From an uncultured Collinsella sp. (lineage in GTDB: Bacteria; Actinomycetota; Coriobacteriia; Coriobacteriales; Coriobacteriaceae): a stretch of DNA of 64,000 nucleotides. The position numbers and the translations under genes were made by a program. This document shows, piece by piece, positions 29,905 through 38,686 of the stretch. The notes beneath the pieces were generated by a model. It was given only the letters and a program-made list of their open reading frames with translations, was not told the DNA's origin and did no database searches. The DNA is taken from positions 20,031 to 84,030 of the forward strand of contig CAUGJE010000009.1 of NCBI GenBank assembly GCA_959599915.1, given 5' to 3'. Numbering within the stretch: the stretch's first letter is position 1; each line of letters opens with the position of its first letter.

Positions 29905-31812
29905 CTAGAGCTCCTTTTGCAGATAAAGGCCATGGTCATAAAATCCAAGATGGCGATAGTACTCGCGCGTGCCAATCGCGCTGATCACGTTGATGCGTGC
30001 ATACCCCGCGTCCCGAGCAATATGGCACGCACGCTCCACCAGCGACCGCCCCAGTCCATGATGCTGCGCCGCCTGGCCCTGGTCGCCCACGCGTGCCGCC
30101 ATGCCGTACACGTGCACCTCGCGAATCATCGCCTCGTCCGGCGTCGTCGGCAACTCGTCCGCATGCGCGGCAACAAACGAATGGTCGGGCAGCGACAGGC
30201 GCAAAAAGCCCGCAATCTTGCCCTGCGGCGTCACCCACTGCAAAAAGCGCTCGTGCGTCACCGGCGTCTCGTACGCCACATCCTCGTCAAGGGTCAGCTC
30301 ATCCAAGTCGGCACCCGCCGTGCTGATCTCGCGATAGCGAATCTCGCGCACCGTCGCACCGTCACCCCGAGCAGCCAGGCGGTTCTCGACGAGCTGACGC
30401 AGGTTGGGCTTCTTGTTGCCCACCATAATGTCATCGGAGCTAAAATCGCGGATCATGCGGCTGATACGGCAGAACGGCGGCGTCACCACGATGTCATCGG
30501 CTAGCACGTCGAGTAGCTCCTCCTCGGTATAGGGGCGCCACTCGCCGCGCTCGTAACAGCCCACCAGACGCGAGCCCTCGATGAGCGCGCACGGGTAGAC
30601 CTTGACCTCGTCGGGCATAAAGGCCCCCTCGGTCATAAAGCGCTCGTAGTCGCGCTTGTCCCCCTCGGGTGTGGCACCCAGCAAGTTGAGCATAAAATGC
30701 GCGTGGATCTTAAAGCCAAACAGGCGCGCAAGCGAAAACGCTCGCTCGATCTGTGCCACCGTAATACGGCGCTCGTTGATATCGAGCAGGTGCTGGTCGA
30801 GGCTCTGGATACCCATCTGAATCTTGGTGCAGCCCAGGCGGCGGATAAGCGTAAGCGCCTGCGGCGTTACGGCATCGGGGCGCGTCTCGATAACGAGTCC
30901 CACCACGCGATGCTTCGCCGTCTCGTTGATGCGCTGCTGTTGCTCAAGCTCCTCCATCGTTGCCGTCTGCCACTCGGCGACTGCGCCCCAAGGCGTGCCG
31001 GGGCCGTACAGACGACGCACCGCGCGGTTATAGCCACCCTCGGCAGCATCCACACGCCCTTGCACGCCGGCAACGCCGGCGGCAAGCTCGGCCTCATCGG
31101 TCGCAATACCGGCAGCCCTATAGCGCTCGCGACGCTCCGCCACCACCGGCGGCAGGGCATCGGCGGGAGCGTCATCGAGCAGGCGCCCCGCCTCGGCACG
31201 GCTGATGCCCGGACGTGCCAGCATGGGGTTAGCCGCCACGCCCGCCACGGCGTCTTCATTGAGCGCACGGAAGAGCTCCGACATAAACCATGCCTGATAC
31301 CCCTGCGGATAGTCGCTCCAGGTACCACCGAGCACAATGAGCTCGATCTTATCGGTCGCATGCCCCATCTGCGAAAGCGCGGTCAAACGAGCGCTCACCT
31401 GCAAATACGGGTCGAAGCAGTTTTGCTCCGCACGGGCGCATGCCGGCTCGGCGTGCAGATAGCTCTTGGGCATGCGCAGGTCGTTGGGGCAAAACAGGCA
31501 ATCGCCCGAACAGGGCCACGGCTTGGTAATGACGGTAATGGTCGCCACGCCCGAGGCCGTTCGGCGCGGCTTCATACGCAGCACCTGCAGCAGTCGACGT
31601 TCCAGCTCGGCATCGACATTCCACCCAGCCCAACGAGCCGGCTCCTCACGCTTCACCCGCTGGTAGAACGGCAGCAGACGGCGCTTGGCCAAATCGCGTT
31701 TGTCGGCACCCTCGCGGCGCGCCTCGGCATGTATCAACTTGACGAGCGCCTTGTCGTCCACGGTCTCACCGCGACGCAGAGCCTCGAGTATGTTCAAAAT
31801 AATCTGTTCCAT
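29905..31812 (-). CDS. elp3: Elp3-family radical SAM / GNAT tRNA U34 carboxymethyltransferase
   Basis: CSGDCLFCP, PKSY, KIELIVLGGTW, IETRPD, KVYP, RISRMIRD, IRYREI, IREVHVYG, QHHGLG, ISAIGTREYY. Confidence 0.9.
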   Translation of the reverse strand: MEQIILNILEALRRGETVDDKALVKLIHAEARREGADKRDLAKRRLLPFYQRVKREEPARWAGWNVDAELERRLLQVLRMKPRRTASGVATITVITKPWPCSGDCLFCPNDLRMPKSYLHAEPACARAEQNCFDPYLQVSARLTALSQMGHATDKIELIVLGGTWSDYPQGYQAWFMSELFRALNEDAVAGVAANPMLARPGISRAEAGRLLDDAPADALPPVVAERRERYRAAGIATDEAELAAGVAGVQGRVDAAEGGYNRAVRRLYGPGTPWGAVAEWQTATMEELEQQQRINETAKHRVVGLVIETRPDAVTPQALTLIRRLGCTKIQMGIQSLDQHLLDINERRITVAQIERAFSLARLFGFKIHAHFMLNLLGATPEGDKRDYERFMTEGAFMPDEVKVYPCALIEGSRLVGCYERGEWRPYTEEELLDVLADDIVVTPPFCRISRMIRDFSSDDIMVGNKKPNLRQLVENRLAARGDGATVREIRYREISTAGADLDELTLDEDVAYETPVTHERFLQWVTPQGKIAGFLRLSLPDHSFVAAHADELPTTPDEAMIREVHVYGMAARVGDQGQAAQHHGLGRSLVERACHIARDAGYARINVISAIGTREYYRHLGFYDHGLYLQKEL

Positions 31813-31909
31813 GCCCCCATTGTAAAGGCAAAGGCGCCGGAGCCCGTCACGGCCCCGGCGCCTCCATCAAAGAGCATGCCTATATGCACCGATCTCCGAA
31901 AACCGCATG

Positions 31910-32806
31910 TCACTCCGGATCAAACGACATGTCGCCCGAACCGACCTCAAAACGATACGTAGCAGACTTATCGCCGTTATCGAATTCAAGATTCAAAATG
32001 GTCTCGCCGTCGTAGTCAAGCGGAAGGAAATCGCTCTCGAAGTCGCCGCTGCCCAAGGTGAGGCTCGCCTTAAAGCCCGTCGAGTTCGGAACCGTCATCT
32101 CCACATCGCCCGAGCCCACACTCACGTCCATCGACTTCGCGGGGGCCTGGTAAAGCTCGAACGTCACATCGCCCGAACCGACCTCAGCGCTGAGCGCATC
32201 AGTCACGCTGCCCGTAAACTCTACATCTCCCGCACCCAGGAAAAGGTCGAAACCATCACAGATGACACCGGCAATCTGCAGATCGCCCGAGCCCACGTGC
32301 GCGTTGACTCCCTTCAGATGTTCGGCAACACGGCGCGGCAGCTCGACCGTAACTGAGCGATCGATTGCCTTACCGTCGTCACTTCCAAACTGGGAAACCT
32401 TGAGCGTCGAGTCCTCGACGGATGCGATGTTTTGCGTCGCGGCCTTGGAGGCATCCATACCCTCGGCAACGCGCCCCCGCTCGATAACGCGAGCCTTGTT
32501 GCCATCAACAACCTTGACGTCCACCGAAGCCGCATTGATATCGAAATCGAGGTAGCGGAACTCATCGGCATCAAAAGTCGTGCTCGAAAGCTGCTGAGGC
32601 TGAGCGGAATACTTACCGCCATCGTTCAAAACATCGGCGTCAACCGCATCGTCCCTACCGGACAAGCCGGATGCAATAGTGCCGAGATCCCACGGACCAT
32701 CAAAATGAATCCATGTCCGCGAAGCGCCAAAGACAAGCCCAACAATAAGCACAAACGCTCCGATGCCAACGCCCAGACGCACCTTCGATTCATGCGAGAG
32801 TTTCAT
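31910..32806 (-). CDS. DUF4097 family beta-strand repeat membrane-anchored protein
   Basis: N-terminal TM helix; repeated VGSGD/LGSGD motifs. Confidence 0.8.
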   Translation of the reverse strand: MKLSHESKVRLGVGIGAFVLIVGLVFGASRTWIHFDGPWDLGTIASGLSGRDDAVDADVLNDGGKYSAQPQQLSSTTFDADEFRYLDFDINAASVDVKVVDGNKARVIERGRVAEGMDASKAATQNIASVEDSTLKVSQFGSDDGKAIDRSVTVELPRRVAEHLKGVNAHVGSGDLQIAGVICDGFDLFLGAGDVEFTGSVTDALSAEVGSGDVTFELYQAPAKSMDVSVGSGDVEMTVPNSTGFKASLTLGSGDFESDFLPLDYDGETILNLEFDNGDKSATYRFEVGSGDMSFDPE

Positions 32807-33522
32807 TATTCATCACCTTCTTTGGCGCTCGGATCAACGGGGGTCGCGGTAGCCACGTCGGTATCAACCGCAGGGGAATCATCCTGAGCCCTGGATGCCA
32901 CCGGCGCCGGACCAACCTGAATATTCCCGCGCGCCCAATCGCCGTCGAGCGCACGCGCCACCCAGTGATAGATGGGGATCGTAAAGAAGATCAGTGCGGC
33001 AAAGGGGGCACCACCAAACAGGAACATCAGTAAAAAGAACAGCAGCCAGCACACGGCCCAATACGGAAACGACTGGAACGGACCTTTCACTGGAGTCGGA
33101 TTGACCGCGCCAGCGCTCGTCGCTTGCGCCGTCGCGGCGTTAGCCGCCTGTGCGCTCCAACTTGCAGCTTGCGCCGCCTTGGCCGCAGCATCACTCGCCT
33201 GTGTTGCCGCCTCGGTAGCGCGCGCTGCCGCCTCGTGGGTACGGGCGCGCTCGGCCGCCTCGGCCTCGCGCTGGCGAGCACGGTCCTCGTTCTCAAACTC
33301 GATATCGTCCTCGATCTCGTCGCTCGGATTGAGTAGCTCGTCCAGACTCACACCATAGAGCTTGGCAAGCGAGATCAGGTTCTCGGTATCAGGCGAGCTC
33401 TCCGCGCGCTCCCATTTACTGACCGCCTGGCGCGACAGTCCCAGCTTTCGCGCCAATCCTTCTTGGCTAAAGCCCTTGCTGCGGCGAAGGTCGGCGAGCC
33501 GCTGAGCAGTTTCTACATTCAT
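32806..33522 (-). CDS. XRE-family HTH regulator with C-terminal TM segments
   Basis: LRRSKGFSQEGLARKLGLSRQAVSKWERAESSPD; SD AGGAGG. Confidence 0.9.
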   Translation of the reverse strand: MNVETAQRLADLRRSKGFSQEGLARKLGLSRQAVSKWERAESSPDTENLISLAKLYGVSLDELLNPSDEIEDDIEFENEDRARQREAEAAERARTHEAAARATEAATQASDAAAKAAQAASWSAQAANAATAQATSAGAVNPTPVKGPFQSFPYWAVCWLLFFLLMFLFGGAPFAALIFFTIPIYHWVARALDGDWARGNIQVGPAPVASRAQDDSPAVDTDVATATPVDPSAKEGDE

Positions 33523-33789
33523 GGTTCCTCCTATGCGATGCCAGCCGTGCCGCCGGACCGTTTTTGTTCTTAAGGCGCCTTGCACAGTTAAAAATCTATC
33601 CGCCACCGCCAAAAGCATGCCACCTATTCTAGTGAGATTTTTGACAACCGGAGGTTGCGGGCGCATATGAGCTGCGGAAATGTGTCCAAACAAAGCAATG
33701 ACCCGCAGCTCGGTTGTCCCCGTTGCGGCGTTAACGGTAGTATGGTCGTACTGTTTATTCCGCACCGCCAACGGAGGGAGTTCCGCGCC

Positions 33790-34662
33790 GTGAACCGCGA
33801 TTTCGCATCATCGCTCATCCAGCTCAACAATACGTTCTATCGCGAGCACTCCGCTTCCTTTTCCGATACGCGCCAGGCCCCGTGGCCCGGCTGGGTGCGC
33901 ACCATGGACATCGCGCTTGATCAGCTCGATGTGGCCACGATCGAGCATCCCGTCCGCGTCTTCGACCTTGCCTGCGGCAATATGCGATTCGAGAACTTTG
34001 CCGCCGGCGGGGCACTTGCCGCCAAGGGCGTCGACGGCGCAAACCCCTCGGCAGATGCCAGCTGCCCGTTTGAGTTCTATGGTGTCGACTCGTGCCAAGA
34101 TCTGGCAATAGACGCCCACGGCCACGCCCTGCGCATTCCCAACCTGCACTTCCAGGAACTCGACGTGCTCGACGCCCTCATGAAGCTCAACCCCGCCGAG
34201 ACACCCGACGTGCTTTTCGACGCCCCGCTCGCCGACATCTCGGTCTGCTTTGGCTTTATGCACCACGTGCCGTCATGCGAGTACCGCGTACGCGTGCTCG
34301 ACGCCCTGGTGCGCCAGACGCACCCGGGCGGCATCATCGCCATCAGCTTTTGGGAGTTTATGAATGACGAGCGCATGGCGCGCAAGGCCGTTCGAGCCGA
34401 AGCCCGCGCCGAGCTCACCCCGCCGTTTGAGGGTTACGATTCCGCGCAGTTTGAAGCCGGCGACCACCTCATTGGCTGGCAAAACGACCGCCACGCCTAC
34501 CGCTATTGCCATCACTTTGACGATCAGCAGATCACCGACTTGGTGCGCGGCGTCCGTACGTTCTACAAGAGCGGCGAGGTTCCCGTACGCGAGCTCGAGC
34601 GTTTCCACGCCGACGGTCGCAGCGGCGAGCTCAACCGCTATGTGATTCTCAAGCGTCTGTAG
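33790..34662 (+). CDS. Class I SAM methyltransferase, Trm9/ALKBH8-like
   Basis: FYREHSASFSDTRQAPWPGW, DLACGN, FMHHVP..EYR, PGG...ISFW, YRYCHHF; SD GGAGGGAG then GTG. Confidence 0.75.
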   Translation: MNRDFASSLIQLNNTFYREHSASFSDTRQAPWPGWVRTMDIALDQLDVATIEHPVRVFDLACGNMRFENFAAGGALAAKGVDGANPSADASCPFEFYGVDSCQDLAIDAHGHALRIPNLHFQELDVLDALMKLNPAETPDVLFDAPLADISVCFGFMHHVPSCEYRVRVLDALVRQTHPGGIIAISFWEFMNDERMARKAVRAEARAELTPPFEGYDSAQFEAGDHLIGWQNDRHAYRYCHHFDDQQITDLVRGVRTFYKSGEVPVRELERFHADGRSGELNRYVILKRL

Positions 34663-34774
34663 GCACCGACGACTCGCCGCCGAGCCGCACCGCAGCGTTC
34701 GGGCAAATCGCCCCCTTCTAACCCATCGCCGGAACGCGCAGCCATGCGTTCCATACTTATGACCAAGGAGCCTC

Positions 34775-35614
34775 ATGGGAGCCGTCCACGCTCGCACCCC
34801 TAAGAACTTTGTGCTCGAGGAGCGCTTGGAGCGCTATGCCGATGCGATTGAGACGAACCCCGAGGCCTATGCCGGAGATTGGCGCAAGGCCTGTGCGCCC
34901 GCAGGCAGCAAGCCTTTCGAACACCTTCACCTGGACCTTGGCTGTGGCAAGGGAACGTACCTTGTAGAGCGCGCGGCCCACGAGCCCGACACGCTCTTTA
35001 TCGGTATGGACCAGGAGCCCATCTGCATCGCCTATGCCGCACAGAAAATCTGCGAGCAGGGGCTGTCCAACGCACTCGTCCTGCCCCGAGGTGCCGCATC
35101 GCTGTCGCAGCTATTTGCCGCAGGCGAGCTCGATGCCATCACCATCAACTTTCCCACGCCGCAGTCCAAGGCCAAGTACGCCAAAAAGCGACTCGTCCAT
35201 GTCGACCACCTAATGCTGTACCGTCCGCTCTTTTCAGCCGGTGCCACCGTCACACTGCGAACCGACAGTAAGCCATTGCGCGACTACGCCTTGGGGCAGT
35301 TTGCTGCGGCAGGCTACGACACGCTTTGGGTAAGCGACGACGTCCGTCGCGACCATCCCGAGCACCCCGAGACCGAATACGAGCGCCGCACGCGCGAGAT
35401 GGGTGCCGTCGTCTATGGCATTTGCGCCACACCCGGCGCACATCCCAGTGACGATGTGCTCACGGCGGGTCACATGCAGGAGCAAAGTCTTGCCTGCTAC
35501 CTGCCCGATAACCTCGATGAGCTCACCTATGTGCCTCTGGGCATGGAAGAAGCCGTCGAGAACTTTAGAAACCGCGCCCGCAAGGGCAAGAAGCGCTTAC
35601 CGCAGGAGTCCTAG
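34775..35614 (+). CDS. trmB: tRNA (guanine-N7)-methyltransferase
   Basis: DLGCGKG, INFPTP, KKRL, LRTD and TEYE motifs. Confidence 0.88.
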   Translation: MGAVHARTPKNFVLEERLERYADAIETNPEAYAGDWRKACAPAGSKPFEHLHLDLGCGKGTYLVERAAHEPDTLFIGMDQEPICIAYAAQKICEQGLSNALVLPRGAASLSQLFAAGELDAITINFPTPQSKAKYAKKRLVHVDHLMLYRPLFSAGATVTLRTDSKPLRDYALGQFAAAGYDTLWVSDDVRRDHPEHPETEYERRTREMGAVVYGICATPGAHPSDDVLTAGHMQEQSLACYLPDNLDELTYVPLGMEEAVENFRNRARKGKKRLPQES

Positions 35615-35680
35615 GGGCTTCTGATGGTCGCGGCATCGGCAAACAAGCGCAAATAAGCGCCAGCGAACGGTCCTCAAACC

Positions 35681-35801
35681 TAAGTGAGTAGACTATTTAG
35701 CAATAGCCAAGCACAACCCGCATAGCGAAAACTAAAACCGCAGGTAGAGCCCTTGCGCAAAAGCCATGTGCTCGCGATATCGCAAAAAGTCTACTCACTT
35801 A
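35681..35801. repeat. 121-bp palindromic element, solo copy (MITE/REP-like)
   Basis: TAAGTGAGTAGACT...AGTCTACTCACTTA terminal inverted repeats; central AAAACCGCAGGTA. Confidence 0.9.
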
Positions 35802-35925
35802 GCTGGCTACTGCACCAAACGGCTGGGCAGAACGCCCATTTCCTGCATTTTCTCGCGCGCTGGCACCCCGCGCCGCCGCTACGCCATAATAGTTGGCGGA
35901 CAATCGCGAGAGAAAGCAACCACAC

Positions 35926-38607
35926 ATGGCACAGACCACGACAGATACCGCCGCCAGCACCGTCTCGGGCGCCGGCGCCGCCAGCTCATTCTCGGGCGGC
36001 ACGGGAACCGAGGCCGAGTTCGGCTCGCTCGGCGCGCTCTCCCCCACCTGGTGGGAGCCCGAAGACGGCAGTGAGCCCGAACCGTGGCTCACGGCCGATC
36101 AGGCCTTCGAACGCTTCTTTGAATGGACGAGCGACCGCGGCATCGAGCTGTGGGATCACCAAGAAGAGGCCCTCATGGACCTGGCTGCCGGCGATCACGT
36201 CATTTTGGGCACACCGACCGGATCGGGCAAATCGCTCGTCGCGCTGGGCATGCTCTTTATGGGCATGGCGCAGGGCAAGCGCTGCTATTACACGGCCCCC
36301 ATCAAAGCCTTGGTCAGCGAAAAGTTCTTCGACCTGGTACAGGTGCTCGGCCGCGATAACGTCGGTATGATCACCGGCGACACGCATATCAATACTAAAG
36401 CGCCCGTCATCTGCTGCACGGCAGAGATCCTTGCTAACGACGCACTGCGCGAGGGCGAAGATGCCGATGTGGGCTGCGTCGCCATGGACGAGTTCCACTA
36501 CTTTGCCGACCCCGATCGCGGTTGGGCCTGGCAGGTACCGCTGCTCACCCTGCCTCACACACAATTCATGCTCATGAGCGCCACGCTCGGCGATGTCACC
36601 GCGATCGCCGCCTCACTCGAGGAGCACACCGGCGCCGCGTGCGATCTGGTCGTCGATGCCCCACGCCCCGTGCCGCTGAGCTACGACTATGTGACGACCT
36701 CCCTCGAAGGCACGGTCGAGCTCGCGATGCGCCGCGGCGAAGCCCCGCTCTATATCGTGCACTTTAGCCAGGATGCCGCACTTGCGACGGCGCAGTCACT
36801 CGCCAACTTTGGTATTGCCAGCAAGGAGCAGCGCGAGGCCATCAAGGAGGCGGCCAAGGGCACGAGCTTCTCGACGGCCTTTGGCAAGATTCTTAAGCGC
36901 TTGCTCGGATGCGGCGTCGGCGTGCACCATGCTGGCATGTTGCCGCGCTATCGTCTGCTGGTCGAACGCTTGGCACAACAGGGCCTGTTGCCCGTCATCT
37001 GCGGCACCGATACGCTCGGCGTCGGCATCAACGTGCCCATCCATACCGTGGTGCTCACCGCGCTCACCAAGTTCGACGGCTACAAGATGCGTCGCCTGCG
37101 CGCCCGTGAGTTCCATCAGATTGCCGGTCGTGCCGGTCGCTCGGGCTTTGACACCGAGGGCATGGTGATTGCCGAGGCCCCGGAGCACGAGATCGAGAAC
37201 GCCAAGCTCATGGCCAAGGCGGGTGACGACCCCAAGAAGCTCCGCAAGATTAAAAAGAAGAAGGCCCCCGAGGGCTTTGTCACCTGGAACAAGCAGACCT
37301 TTGAGCGCCTGATCGAGACGCAGCCCGAAACGCTCAAGCCGCGCCTGCGCATCACACACTCCATGGTGATTAGCGTGGTCGAGCAGGGCGGCGACGCCCG
37401 CGCCCGCGTACACGACCTTATCGAGACAAGCCTGCAAACGCCCGAGGAAAAGGCGAAGCTCGAGGTTCGTGCCGACGAGATCTTCGCCACGCTCATCGAC
37501 TCCGGCGTCGTCGTGCGCACCGAGGTGCCGCCCGCACCCGACGCTCCGGCTGACGCCGCGCCGGACATCGACTACGCGTTGACGGTCGACTTGCCCGAGG
37601 ACTTCGCGCTCGACCAGCCGCTCTCGCCGTTTTTGCTTGCCGCGCTGGAGCTGCTCGACCCCGAGAGTGAGACCTATACCATGGATCTGATCTCGATGGT
37701 CGAGGCTACACTCGAGGACCCCAAGCAGGTGCTGCGCGCACAGGAGCGCGCAGCGCGCGATCGCGCTATGGCCGAGATGAAGGCCGACGGCGTCGAGTAC
37801 GAGGAGCGCTTGGAGCGCATCCAAGACGTCACGTACGAAAAGCCGCTCGAGGATTTGCTCGACGCCGCTTTTGACAAGTACTGCCAAGAAGTACCCTGGG
37901 CAAACGACTACCAGCTCTCTCCCAAGAGCGTCCTGCGCGATATGCTGGAAAGCGCGAGCGATTTTAAGGGCTACATTCAAAAGCTCGGCATCGCCCGCTC
38001 CGAGGGCATTTTGCTGCGCTACCTGGCAGAGGCCTACCGTTCGCTCGACCGCACCGTGCCCATCGAGAAGCGCGACGAGCGCCTGCGCGACATTATCTCG
38101 TGGCTGGGCTTTGTGGTGCGCTCGGTCGACTCGAGCTTGGTAGACGAGTGGGAGAACGCTGGCAACCCGGCAGCCCTCGACGCCACGCCGCCGCAGGGCA
38201 TCGACGAGGTCGTGGCGGACCGCCGCGGCTGCACGCTGTTGGTGCGCAACGCACTCTTCCGCCGCGTGACCCTTGCCGCCCGCGAGCACGTTCGCGACCT
38301 TGGCGAGCTCGACGACGACTGGGGCATGAGCGAGATCCGCTGGCAAAAAGCGCTCGACGCTTACCACGAGCAGCATGAGGAGATCCTAACCGACGGAGAT
38401 GCCCGCAGCTCGGCAATGTTTTCCATCGATGAGTCCGACGAGAAAACCGCGCACGTATGGCACGTGCACCAGATTTTTGCCGACGAGGATGGCGACCACG
38501 ACTTTGGCATCATGGGCGATGTCGATCTGGACGCCACGCAAGACGGTGGCGAGGTCATCTTCAAGAACTACCGCGTCGGTTTTATCGAGGATTTGCTCGA
38601 GGATTAG
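35926..38607 (+). CDS. Ski2/HelY-like DEAD/DEAH helicase with DUF3516-type C-terminus
   Basis: PTGSGKS, PIKALVSEK, MDEFH, MSAT, HHAGMLP, GTDTLGVGINVP, QIAGRAGR. Confidence 0.9.
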   Translation: MAQTTTDTAASTVSGAGAASSFSGGTGTEAEFGSLGALSPTWWEPEDGSEPEPWLTADQAFERFFEWTSDRGIELWDHQEEALMDLAAGDHVILGTPTGSGKSLVALGMLFMGMAQGKRCYYTAPIKALVSEKFFDLVQVLGRDNVGMITGDTHINTKAPVICCTAEILANDALREGEDADVGCVAMDEFHYFADPDRGWAWQVPLLTLPHTQFMLMSATLGDVTAIAASLEEHTGAACDLVVDAPRPVPLSYDYVTTSLEGTVELAMRRGEAPLYIVHFSQDAALATAQSLANFGIASKEQREAIKEAAKGTSFSTAFGKILKRLLGCGVGVHHAGMLPRYRLLVERLAQQGLLPVICGTDTLGVGINVPIHTVVLTALTKFDGYKMRRLRAREFHQIAGRAGRSGFDTEGMVIAEAPEHEIENAKLMAKAGDDPKKLRKIKKKKAPEGFVTWNKQTFERLIETQPETLKPRLRITHSMVISVVEQGGDARARVHDLIETSLQTPEEKAKLEVRADEIFATLIDSGVVVRTEVPPAPDAPADAAPDIDYALTVDLPEDFALDQPLSPFLLAALELLDPESETYTMDLISMVEATLEDPKQVLRAQERAARDRAMAEMKADGVEYEERLERIQDVTYEKPLEDLLDAAFDKYCQEVPWANDYQLSPKSVLRDMLESASDFKGYIQKLGIARSEGILLRYLAEAYRSLDRTVPIEKRDERLRDIISWLGFVVRSVDSSLVDEWENAGNPAALDATPPQGIDEVVADRRGCTLLVRNALFRRVTLAAREHVRDLGELDDDWGMSEIRWQKALDAYHEQHEEILTDGDARSSAMFSIDESDEKTAHVWHVHQIFADEDGDHDFGIMGDVDLDATQDGGEVIFKNYRVGFIEDLLED

Positions 38608-38628
38608 CCAAGCATATTGGGACGAAAC

Positions 38629-38670
38629 GAAGCGGGGCTGTTGGCAACATCGCCAGCAGCCCCGCTTTTT
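38629..38670. terminator. Bidirectional terminator between convergent genes
   Basis: AAGCGGGGCTGTTGGC/GCCAGCAGCCCCGCTT stem plus T tract. Confidence 0.75.
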
Positions 38671-38686
38671 CACTATCCGCTATGCC

